DNA of 64,000 nt from a virus (taxonomy: Duplodnaviria > Caudoviricetes): IMG/VR virus record IMGVR_UViG_3300019776_000220, positions 216 through 64,215 of that record; one strand, given 5' to 3'. The translations under genes were made by a program, and so were the position numbers. The notes beneath the pieces are model-generated. The model did not search any database, was not told where the DNA came from, and worked only from the letters and a program-made list of their open reading frames with translations. Below are positions 38,547-47,096 of the stretch, piece after piece; positions within the stretch are counted from its first letter, which is position 1; every line of letters begins with the position of its first letter.

Positions 38547-38640
38547 AAAAAAAAACCCCAAGACCTTCGAGGGAAAGAATCTTGGGGATAGGACACCTCC
38601 TATAGTTTGTCATCTAACCCCTCAATCAGATGACTAACTC
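38547..38640 (-). ncRNA. putative structured leader or small RNA: three hairpins ending in an intrinsic terminator
   Basis: Hairpins at 38609-38634, 38588-38603 and 38556-38587, then a T-run; downstream of the promoter at 38646-38666. Confidence 0.55.
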
Positions 38641-38645
38641 GACTC

Positions 38646-38666
38646 GCAAATATAATACAATTATTT
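38646..38666 (-). promoter_or_regulatory. promoter with -7 box TATATTTG
   Basis: Same 21-mer as 31868-31888. Confidence 0.7.
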
Positions 38667-38954
38667 GATTCTATCACAACTAATTATATTCATTATTGGA
38701 ATACCAATAGTTTTCGTTAACTCTTTTGGATTAGCGAACAACAATGTTCTATAGTCATCCGTAGAATCTAAATAAGTAGCTATAATTTCTTGCGTAGACC
38801 AACCCAATCTATACACAACTCGATACCGATTAGGTTTACCATACTTAACTACAACGAATAAATCCTTTAGGTTAACTCTATGATTCTCAACTGCGTAAAT
38901 CGGCTTAATTATTCCATTCTCTGCCGATATTGTACCAATAATTTTACGTTCCAT
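38661..38954 (-). CDS. hypothetical protein
   Basis: 97-aa ORF. Confidence 0.55.
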   Translation of the reverse strand: MERKIIGTISAENGIIKPIYAVENHRVNLKDLFVVVKYGKPNRYRVVYRLGWSTQEIIATYLDSTDDYRTLLFANPKELTKTIGIPIMNIISCDRIK

Positions 38955-38958
38955 AATT

Positions 38959-39444
38959 TTAATTGTTTTTAAGTGTTAAAAATAAATCGTGAGGATAATC
39001 GTTTGACCATCCATAAAGTTTACCATCTAAATTCCACGCATATACCTCCGTAGAATCAACTCTAAACGCAAGCCATCCGATGATTTGATGACCTTCGATT
39101 GCATCAAAATTTACCCCCGCAATGCGTACGGATTTACTTTCTCTTGTTACGACATCGTACTCCCCCGACTCGTACTCCTTTAATGTGAACTTCTTTAGTT
39201 TACTCATTCTTGAAACCCCCTTCTCAATGTTTTTAAAGGCTCTCTTTCTATCGCTTTGGTATGCTGAAAAGAAACCAAGTTTACTTACCCTAAATGTTAA
39301 TGGCATCTTACATTTCCAGCAAGGTCCAGACACCCGAACTCGTTTACAATTACTTATTCGGATGCCCACCTCTAAAGGATTCTGCTCTGCCGTACACCAC
39401 CCACAAGTGAGACGATGTTGCGTTTGTGCGTTAGTGAACTCCAT
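38959..39444 (-). CDS. hypothetical protein with Zn-ribbon-like N-terminus
   Basis: CGWC...CWKC. Confidence 0.55.
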   Translation of the reverse strand: MEFTNAQTQHRLTCGWCTAEQNPLEVGIRISNCKRVRVSGPCWKCKMPLTFRVSKLGFFSAYQSDRKRAFKNIEKGVSRMSKLKKFTLKEYESGEYDVVTRESKSVRIAGVNFDAIEGHQIIGWLAFRVDSTEVYAWNLDGKLYGWSNDYPHDLFLTLKNN

Positions 39445-39710
39445 TACTTATGAGTGTATACAAGACAACCCGTAGTTTTATCAACATAGGATGTGTCAAA
39501 GTTATCTTCCCACTCAATGTAATTGGAATCAATTGGCAAAACGCTTACGGACCTAAACTTCTCGTATCCAATTACTTTTTCAATTGACTCTGACTTCAAG
39601 GTCGTGTTGAACCAAATGATGATTCCACAAATAAGTAATATAGCTATCGCAATTACTTCAACAACGTGCATTCTATTTCTCATCTTTCTTTTTGTTTTGC
39701 AATCCAACAA
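39444..39710 (-). CDS. membrane-anchored hypothetical protein
   Basis: One TM segment, VIAIAILLICGIIIWF. Confidence 0.5.
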   Translation of the reverse strand: MLDCKTKRKMRNRMHVVEVIAIAILLICGIIIWFNTTLKSESIEKVIGYEKFRSVSVLPIDSNYIEWEDNFDTSYVDKTTGCLVYTHK

Positions 39711-39852
39711 GATGCGATGAATAAATTAACACGAACAAGCACATCAACCCAAAGGCAAATAGGTCGGTCTTAAAATTTGTATCATCTGATACCTCGCATC
39801 CGATAAAATCGAATACAATACTTACAATTGATGCAATCTGAATTGTTTTCAT
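39673..39852 (-). CDS. small membrane protein
   Basis: ATG at 39852 (MKTIQIASIV...) after an AACCAAAC leader; two hydrophobic segments. Confidence 0.45.
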   Translation of the reverse strand: MKTIQIASIVSIVFDFIGCEVSDDTNFKTDLFAFGLMCLFVLIYSSHLVGLQNKKKDEK

Positions 39853-39959
39853 TTTCGTTTGGTTTAATATACAACTATAAAAAAATACGCAAGTGCGACA
39901 AAGATTAGGCATAATGCAAACTCTAATGCATCTCCTAACGTGATTGGTTTTTTGCTCAT

Positions 39960-40214
39960 TTACTTTAGTGAGATTTCTAATTTAACTGATTGTTCCGTGC
40001 CATCTTCGGCATCCTCTACCACAACTGATAATACTCCATCATAATTGAATACGATATCATACACCCTTCCACCCAATTCAAATGTGTACCAAATATTACC
40101 GAAATCGTAGGGAGAGAAAACAACTTCTGCTCTCTCCTCTACCTTATTAATCTTTGCCGATATCTTGGCAACCATCGTGAACGGATTCACATCTACTATC
40201 ATTTTCATATTCAA
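39960..40214 (-). CDS. hypothetical protein
   Basis: About 84-aa ORF. Confidence 0.5.
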   Translation of the reverse strand: MNMKMIVDVNPFTMVAKISAKINKVEERAEVVFSPYDFGNIWYTFELGGRVYDIVFNYDGVLSVVVEDAEDGTEQSVKLEISLK

Positions 40215-40643
40215 TTACTTTATATGGTCTTCTTCAAAAATTACATTCTTAATGTCTTCGTCTCTAAAAATTATGTAATTAGATATGACACCATTGATTA
40301 GCAAATCTTCAGCTATCGCATCCGCAAATGGATTGGGCAATTTAATATGCTTGCAACCCTTACGGATAATCTTAACCCTATCGTTAATATATATATCATT
40401 GATATACACGTTAACCCATTCGGGCAAACACATATTCTGATTGGATAGATTATACCAATAGTAATAACCTTCTTCGCTTAAATCAAATATGAACCCTCCT
40501 GATAAGAACATCTTTATAGAAAAACATTCTTGCTTGAGGAAATCCTCGAAACTCGGCTTATCGTTCTGCCGTAGGTATTCTGCTTTGTATTTGTCTTGTT
40601 GGTCAAATGATAGCAACTCAAAATAATCTTTTCTTGTAGGCAT
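40215..40643 (-). CDS. hypothetical protein sharing a domain with 40674..41105
   Basis: SFEDFL...SIKMFLSGGFIF..SEEGYYYW. Confidence 0.6.
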   Translation of the reverse strand: MPTRKDYFELLSFDQQDKYKAEYLRQNDKPSFEDFLKQECFSIKMFLSGGFIFDLSEEGYYYWYNLSNQNMCLPEWVNVYINDIYINDRVKIIRKGCKHIKLPNPFADAIAEDLLINGVISNYIIFRDEDIKNVIFEEDHIK

Positions 40644-40673
40644 AATATTGTTTGGTTAAAATGTAATTGAATG

Positions 40674-41105
40674 TTATTTATTTCTAAGGTCCGTTTCCAG
40701 CTCAAGCCAAAATGGTAAGCCTTCATTAGATGTCATAAATACAAATCCTCTCCGAAGAAATTTACTTATTGATTCGTAGTCTCTATCAAGAAATAATTCA
40801 AAACTACCACCCCAATCTCCTCCTCTTTCTTTATTGAAATTAGCTATAAACTTTTTCTTCTCGCTATTCGTTAGCAAATCAAACCAATAGTGACCATTCT
40901 TCTCGCCACTCTGACTCTTTTGGCTATTTGGGAATTCAATATCATTTACGATATCAACTAACTTGTCAATTAGTTTTTCATCACTCGAATATGCAAGGTC
41001 TAAAAGGAATTCTTTCTGCTCTGCCAATGTAAATGGCTTACCTCCTTCGAAATGCGATACTAATGCACTAACTACGTCTGTTCGATTTTTCATTTTATAT
41101 ATCAT
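40674..41105 (-). CDS. hypothetical protein sharing a domain with 40215..40643
   Basis: SFELFL...SISKFLRRGFVF..SNEGLPFW. Confidence 0.6.
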   Translation of the reverse strand: MIYKMKNRTDVVSALVSHFEGGKPFTLAEQKEFLLDLAYSSDEKLIDKLVDIVNDIEFPNSQKSQSGEKNGHYWFDLLTNSEKKKFIANFNKERGGDWGGSFELFLDRDYESISKFLRRGFVFMTSNEGLPFWLELETDLRNK

Positions 41106-41310
41106 TTGAATTGGTTAATAACATTATTGATGTCAATGTAGTATTGTCATCCTCATCGTATAAATCATCTTCGACATCGTATACGATTTCTACATCTGAA
41201 TCTCTATCGAATCGATAATAAATATTGATTTTACTTAAATCAAAATATTCTTCTGCACTAATTAGAAAATCTAATAACTTCTTTGCAGTCAATGGCTTTT
41301 TGTTTTTCAT
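41095..41310 (-). CDS. hypothetical acidic protein
   Basis: ATG at 41310 after AAACACA leader (MKNKKPLT...). Confidence 0.55.
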   Translation of the reverse strand: MKNKKPLTAKKLLDFLISAEEYFDLSKINIYYRFDRDSDVEIVYDVEDDLYDEDDNTTLTSIMLLTNSNDI

Positions 41311-41321
41311 TGTGTTTTTAT

Positions 41322-41561
41322 TTAAAATTTTATGTAAACGTATGTAACCCAAAAATTCTCAATATTTAACTCTTGGTTATTAAGCAAATCGCAGAAATCA
41401 CTCATCTTTTCTAATCGCAACTTATTTATTCGACAATGGTCAGATAACTTGTTGCAAGAGTATACTCGATTCTCCATATCCTCAACAACCCTTCTATCAA
41501 TTTTATTGACTTCGCCCAAAACCACCCACATCATTTTATTTAATCCTAAATATTTTTTCAT
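41322..41561 (-). CDS. hypothetical protein
   Basis: AAACACA-ATG leader. Confidence 0.55.
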   Translation of the reverse strand: MKKYLGLNKMMWVVLGEVNKIDRRVVEDMENRVYSCNKLSDHCRINKLRLEKMSDFCDLLNNQELNIENFWVTYVYIKF

Positions 41562-41584
41562 TGTGTTTTTTATTTAAATTGTGA

Positions 41585-41827
41585 TTATAAACTTGGTAAA
41601 ATTCCGCAATAATTCTCATCTCGATAGTAATCGATAACACCCATATCATTACCCTCATCATCGCTAAGGATAGTAATTTGTGTGCCATCATCTAATAGCA
41701 TCTGAATGCCTCGCTTGTACCATCCATTATCTTCGGCATCTTTTTGACTAAGGTATTGAACTTGCTTGATAGTCTTGCCTTGCAAAACTTCAATGGCTTT
41801 GTCTTGCCAAAATCTTTCTAATGTCAT
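41585..41827 (-). CDS. hypothetical protein
   Basis: MTLERFWQDKA...SDDEGNDMG. Confidence 0.55.
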   Translation of the reverse strand: MTLERFWQDKAIEVLQGKTIKQVQYLSQKDAEDNGWYKRGIQMLLDDGTQITILSDDEGNDMGVIDYYRDENYCGILPSL

Positions 41828-41973
41828 TATTCTTCTTCTGATTGAGACTTCCAATAAAATGCTACATTGACTAACATCGTGACTAATTCAGATTCATCTA
41901 AACGAACTAAATCATTTGCATCGTACTCATCCCCCAATAAATCTTCGAGGGCATCGATTAATTGCTTTCTCAT
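41827..41973 (-). CDS. small acidic protein (not in ORF track)
   Basis: MRKQLIDALEDLLGDEYDANDLVRLDESELVTMLVNVAFYWKSQSEEE, TAATG-coupled. Confidence 0.5.
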   Translation of the reverse strand: MRKQLIDALEDLLGDEYDANDLVRLDESELVTMLVNVAFYWKSQSEEE

Positions 41974-41981
41974 AATTGCTA

Positions 41982-42407
41982 TTATTTAAATTGTGAAACT
42001 CCTATAAATCTAATTGAGACATTATCGTATCCAGCATTAGCACCCACAATCTCACATATATCCTCCCAAGTATGGGATTTCTCGAAATCATCTGCATACA
42101 AGGATAGAACTCCTTTGACTTCATCAAACTCTCCATTAGATTCATCTTCATCTAAATCAGGCATAAAATCCTCGAACATCTCATAGCACTCCTCATACAC
42201 CTCTATCTTTTCATTAATAGATAGGTTATTCCATTCTTCACGCAATGCATCTAAATACTCTTGGAACTTCTCCTCTGACATTGTTGTCGCTTCGTGAACG
42301 ACATCTTCAAAGTGAATACGACTTAACGCTACAAATGGCATACATCCGTACCATTCGTTCAACTGCACATCGATAGCAGTTATTTGGTCTGAAATTGATT
42401 TTTTCAT
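41982..42407 (-). CDS. very acidic early protein
   Basis: ATG at 42407 (MKKSISDQ...) after AACCAAAC and AAACACA leaders; D/E-rich. Confidence 0.6.
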   Translation of the reverse strand: MKKSISDQITAIDVQLNEWYGCMPFVALSRIHFEDVVHEATTMSEEKFQEYLDALREEWNNLSINEKIEVYEECYEMFEDFMPDLDEDESNGEFDEVKGVLSLYADDFEKSHTWEDICEIVGANAGYDNVSIRFIGVSQFK

Positions 42408-42627
42408 TGTGTTTGTATTTGTTTGGTTTGAAATAATGATGCAATATATAACAATTGATATATTCGTGTCAAGCATTTCTTAATATTTATTTTTACAGGC
42501 AACGTTGTTTTTTCCTGTAAGTTTAGCGGAACCTCTTACTCAATTACTTTTTTAGATTAGCCTAAAAATCTAATTGAATCTGCTGCTGCTGTGAACTTTG
42601 GAATCTGAACTGCTTGCTGTCGATTAA

Positions 42628-42709
42628 AATTATGCCTTACGATTAGCTAATGATGATAGTGGTTTTCCGCAATTTTGCCCTACGGATAGCTAATGATGAT
42701 AGTGGTTTT
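42628..42709. repeat. imperfect 43-bp-period direct repeat in a non-coding region
   Basis: Core TAGCTAATGATGATAGTGGTTTT occurs twice, ending at 42666 and 42709. Confidence 0.8.
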
Positions 42710-42796
42710 GGATTTTTTTGGATTTTCTGGGACCTTACTTTTTCTGGGACATTACTCTTTTCAATTACTTTCTGCTCAATTAGATTTTGTATGGAC

Positions 42797-42829
42797 AAAA
42801 AAAAATCCCCCACATTTCTGCGAGGGATT
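42797..42829 (-). terminator. intrinsic terminator after the GATase
   Basis: - strand AATCCCTCGC-AGAAAT-GTGGGGGATT plus T-run. Confidence 0.75.
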
Positions 42830-42848
42830 CTGATTTGATTAGGGATTG

Positions 42849-43682
42849 TTAGATGCAATACCATTTGAGATTCTCTAATTCATCCCATTCTGCGATGGTC
42901 ATTGATGCGATGTCTTTGGCTTTCAATTCATCGTATCGTTTCTGCAAATCATCTTCGAATTGTTTATAGTCATCATCCGAATCTACATAATCATCTACGA
43001 TTGGCGGATATGATTTCTTGGGCATTTCCCATTTCGTTGAATCATTCCAAGAATACTTTTTGTCGCTATAGTATTTCTTGGTATTGTTATTATAGACCTT
43101 TGTGCCACCATAATCGACATATGTAACTTTCTTATATGTCTCATTGGAAAACCAACATCCCTCGAATTCCGCATCACGTTTACCATTCTGCTCATTTACA
43201 ATTGTGTATTCGTTATAGGCATTAAGGAAAACTAATTTACTGCTACCAATGAATTTCTTAATCAGCATAACGATTGCCTCATTGTACAAGAAATCAGATG
43301 GAAGTTTACGAAGATATGTTTCATTGAATAGATTCGTATCTGAACGTTTAGCATCAATGCCATTCAATTCTGATATGACTCCATTGTGAACGAATGCTAA
43401 ATCCTTGTTAACTTGGAATGGATGACAATTCGTTTCATTGATTCCTCCGCTTGTACTGATGCGGAAATGTAATACGACATTAGATTTTGGATGATGCTTT
43501 CTGACCTCGACATATTTATTATAGAATGCCTTGAACGATTGAATCTCTTTGTAGATATGTAATTGATTTGTCTTTACATCGGACCAAATCATTCCTGCTC
43601 CATCTTTGTTGTTGTTCCAACAATTGCGAAGTAATGATTCATTGAAAGTAATGTTAGGGGAATTTAAAATTGCGATACACAT
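42849..43682 (-). CDS. class II (Ntn) glutamine amidotransferase
   Basis: N-terminal Cys2 (MCIAI), NKDGAG, HFRISTSG, NCHPF, FVHNGVI, SDT. Confidence 0.9.
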   Translation of the reverse strand: MCIAILNSPNITFNESLLRNCWNNNKDGAGMIWSDVKTNQLHIYKEIQSFKAFYNKYVEVRKHHPKSNVVLHFRISTSGGINETNCHPFQVNKDLAFVHNGVISELNGIDAKRSDTNLFNETYLRKLPSDFLYNEAIVMLIKKFIGSSKLVFLNAYNEYTIVNEQNGKRDAEFEGCWFSNETYKKVTYVDYGGTKVYNNNTKKYYSDKKYSWNDSTKWEMPKKSYPPIVDDYVDSDDDYKQFEDDLQKRYDELKAKDIASMTIAEWDELENLKWYCI

Positions 43683-43748
43683 AATATTATTTGTTTTGAT
43701 TGTTTGAAAAAATTTTATGAATGGGGAGAATTAATCCCCCCAATTAGA

Positions 43749-45482
43749 TTACAAATTGTTTACTGATTCTTCTATTCTTGAGAAATCAAAATTTCTGAAA
43801 TCGTTATCGAATCGTTTACATAATTGGATAGCATCCAAGATTCTCTGCTTGATTTTGCTTGGGCTAAATTCCTTTAGCATATGCTTGTACAAATCAGATT
43901 CCTTGTTGCACAAATCATTCGCCACATCAGGAAAACGATTTGTTGGATTCATTGCAATGATGCGAAGTAAATCAATTCGCCATTGTAATTGGTCAATGTT
44001 TTTAACCAATGGAAAGATGCGGAATTCAATGCGAGGATTCACAATGTCTTCAATGATTCGTACTGCTTGCATCTTCTCCGTAGAATTTTTCATTTGCGAT
44101 TTCTCTTTCGCAATTGAGTAATACGTTTCTGAACGTTTACGATAGATGGCATAGATGAATGGCATATAACCACTAACCATTTCGAATGTATCTTTAGCAG
44201 ATGTATAGCTTCTGCTGAAATGGATATGCCCTCCGCAAGATGAATTATCCTTGTCGGATGAAATCAATGTATGGTCATTTCCATTGATTAACTCAGGGAA
44301 TGCTTGCTCAATCTCTTTTGCCTCATTGATTAGGTCATCAGTGAACAATGGATAACAAGGACTAACTAATTCGTATCCGATTGTGCCACATAAACTGCCA
44401 TCACGTTCTTTCTTCCATCCAAATTGCTGACCAATTGCAACATTCGAATGCTTACTGCCAAAGTAAGATTGTTTCTCGATTTCTACTCCAACTTTGAAGA
44501 CAACTTTCTGCTCCATCTGAATCTGCTTTGCTTGGAAATCTCTTGAATGATATTCATATCTTGGATTACGATGATTTCTTCTTGCACAAGCATTTGTGTC
44601 GTGAATTCCGAATTCGTATTCGTGTCCACAAGATGGACAAGCTACATTGTTGGAAACGTATCCCTCTTGCTCTGCTGAATTAGAATCGAAATACACATAA
44701 TTATTGTGATTGATTCCTCGATATGTAATGTTACGATGTGATGTACCATCAGAAAGAAACAACATATATTGCTCTCCTCGAATCATTCGATATTGGAATC
44801 TATCCGCATAGATTTTGTGGCAAATTCCATCAACAATAAACAATGTCATTGGATGCGAATCTGATTTGACAATCATTCGATTTCCCAATGAACAATGAAC
44901 GACATTATCCGCATCATTTTTGTAGTAACTAATGCGGAAAACTCTTGATGGACATTGTTCCATAAACGTTCTTTGTCTCGATTCAATTACTTTATCTGCA
45001 ATTGTAGAATGATATGCAGAATACCTTTCGATTAGTTTTCTTTTGCCATCCTTGATTACGATAAACGAATTCGAATACATATGCTTGTCAGTTACTTTCA
45101 AATCTAACCATCTATCCGCTGACAATGAGAAGATATAGCCCGCATCAAATGCTTGTTGTTCACTTATAAAGTACAATTGCTTGTTGTCGTATAGAATTGT
45201 GAACGTTTTATCCAATGAGATATTGGCAATGTAGGTATTGCCCTCATTTCTTGGATTACGATGATATCGTACACAATCAGATTTTAAAAACCAAGCCCTC
45301 TGCCAAACATTCTCATCGTTATTGAAGAAATAGGCAGATGTGACCTTTTTAAATTCGTTTGAATTACGATTGAATCTAATTGCATCCCTCGAAATGAATG
45401 CAGAATCGCCATAAGATGAATGCATTTGAGATGCATCGTACATTGGAATTGATTGACCGAAAATTGAAGTTACGTTTGACAT
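43749..45482 (-). CDS. putative amidoligase (COOH-NH2 ligase) with a long unknown N-terminal region
   Basis: C-terminal VGVEIE...ERDGSL...YELVSP...SCGGHIHFS...IEFRIF; adjacent to the GATase. Confidence 0.8.
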   Translation of the reverse strand: MSNVTSIFGQSIPMYDASQMHSSYGDSAFISRDAIRFNRNSNEFKKVTSAYFFNNDENVWQRAWFLKSDCVRYHRNPRNEGNTYIANISLDKTFTILYDNKQLYFISEQQAFDAGYIFSLSADRWLDLKVTDKHMYSNSFIVIKDGKRKLIERYSAYHSTIADKVIESRQRTFMEQCPSRVFRISYYKNDADNVVHCSLGNRMIVKSDSHPMTLFIVDGICHKIYADRFQYRMIRGEQYMLFLSDGTSHRNITYRGINHNNYVYFDSNSAEQEGYVSNNVACPSCGHEYEFGIHDTNACARRNHRNPRYEYHSRDFQAKQIQMEQKVVFKVGVEIEKQSYFGSKHSNVAIGQQFGWKKERDGSLCGTIGYELVSPCYPLFTDDLINEAKEIEQAFPELINGNDHTLISSDKDNSSCGGHIHFSRSYTSAKDTFEMVSGYMPFIYAIYRKRSETYYSIAKEKSQMKNSTEKMQAVRIIEDIVNPRIEFRIFPLVKNIDQLQWRIDLLRIIAMNPTNRFPDVANDLCNKESDLYKHMLKEFSPSKIKQRILDAIQLCKRFDNDFRNFDFSRIEESVNNL

Positions 45483-45521
45483 AATTGTGTTTGTTTAAAT
45501 GTTGTTAAAAATGTGATTGAA

Positions 45522-45683
45522 TCAGTTTTCTTTTTGACCTATAAAAATTGTAATTGCACTAATGCCGACATAGGCAATAACGCAGAAAATAGCTTCGGCA
45601 AATCCACTATGCTTTGCACAAAAGATTGCCATTGGAAGTAATCCTTGAATGATTACCATTGGGAGAATGAATTGTTTTTTCAT
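45522..45683 (-). CDS. small two-TM membrane protein, first gene of the early arm
   Basis: ATG at 45683 after AAACACA leader (MKKQFILPMVII...). Confidence 0.55.
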   Translation of the reverse strand: MKKQFILPMVIIQGLLPMAIFCAKHSGFAEAIFCVIAYVGISAITIFIGQKEN

Positions 45684-46399
45684 TGTGTTTGTGTTTAAAT
45701 TGTTTTTTATGATTGAATTAGATTTTTGTGAGCATAACGGATTAGCATCTAAATAGCTGATTTTCAATGAGTTACGCTTTTTCATATGTTGTTCTATTTT
45801 GCCCACATTCGAAGTTAATACAATAGTTTTAATTTACAATACATAGGGCAAAAAAAATTATGCTTTGAATGTAATCTGATTGGATAGATTTTCTCTTAGC
45901 AGATTTCCCTTGAAAAAAAATATGTGTATCAGAATCGAAATGTAATTGAATCAGAATGTAATTGAATGCCTACATTTTGTTTTATGTTCTATGTCTTGGC
46001 GGATTGTTCGCTTTCCTTATTGATACGATTGGAAAAATATAAAATGAATAAGAAAAGTAATTGGATGATGCGACAAATATATGTTGGAACATATTTTATG
46101 TGGAAAAAGTAATCTGATTGGGCAGAAATTAGGATTTTGAAATCTGATTTGACTATGTACCCGATGCAAAAAACCGATTTCGCAAAATTTTGGTTGAGGG
46201 CTGGGTTAATATATATAACCCTTCGTCTATAACCCTACGCTTAAAAAATAATACACTTACCGCACAAACTCTGCTACGCAAGGATTAAGCCTCCGCATTT
46301 GGCATCTGTTGCAACATAACCTATGCTACCATATGATACTATCATTTAAGATAAAATCGTTGCTTACGTCAAGTATTATGAAAATTGGATATGATTCTA

Positions 46400-46424
46400 T
46401 AACTTTGGATTGATATAACCAAAC
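46400..46424 (+). promoter_or_regulatory. -7 box TAACTTTG plus AACCAAAC leader at the start of the late arm
   Basis: TAACTTTG at 46400-46407; AACCAAAC at 46417-46424. Confidence 0.6.
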
Positions 46425-46433
46425 AGACAAAAT

Positions 46434-47096
46434 ATGTTACAATACGAGCTTACTCAAGCATCGCCTAATAGTTTGATAGTTGAGGTTGGTGCACAATATG
46501 ATGACACAGTACAATACGGGTCATTATCTATCTTTATAGACCCATTATTTAAACCCACACACAATGCAAGAATATACGGAGTGGTTAAGGCTGTCCCGAA
46601 AGGCAAGTGCTATAATGAGGATGGTATTGAAATTGAAGCGGATGTTAGGGTCGGTGATAAGGTATACTTTCACTACCTTGCTACGTTTGATGAGAACGCT
46701 TGTTTATACGGTAACTACTATCGCATCCCTTACTGTTGGATTTTCTGTGTTGTTCGTGACAATGATATTATACCTATTGGTGGGTGGACATTCTGCGAGA
46801 AAGTTATTGAAGGAGAAGATGAATTTGAAGATATAGAAGTTGGTGGAGTCAAGATATCTGGTATCAAAAATTCTGCTGGGTTAGTGACATCTGTTACAAA
46901 AAAAGATTCAAATAAGTATGCAATTGTTCAACATATTGGCAAAACATTGAAAAATGTTGAATCGTTAAATTTAAAATCAGGTCAACGAGTTTTAATAGAA
47001 AAGAATACAAACTTTGAAAACGTAATAGAAGGAAAAACCTACTATACGATACGTCAAGGGGATATTTTAGGAGTAGTTAATACAATTGATGGATGA
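46434..47096 (+). CDS. GroES-like co-chaperonin with two tandem GroES-like domains
   Basis: GVVKAVPKG...ADVRVGDKVYF and PIGGWTFCEKV...SAGLV...GQRVLI...IEGKTYYTIRQGDILGVV. Confidence 0.7.
   Translation: MLQYELTQASPNSLIVEVGAQYDDTVQYGSLSIFIDPLFKPTHNARIYGVVKAVPKGKCYNEDGIEIEADVRVGDKVYFHYLATFDENACLYGNYYRIPYCWIFCVVRDNDIIPIGGWTFCEKVIEGEDEFEDIEVGGVKISGIKNSAGLVTSVTKKDSNKYAIVQHIGKTLKNVESLNLKSGQRVLIEKNTNFENVIEGKTYYTIRQGDILGVVNTIDG

Noticed and set aside
42643-42864. 73-aa minus-strand and 62-aa plus-strand ORFs
   Set aside because: They run through a terminator and direct repeats, lack a leader motif and have low-complexity translations
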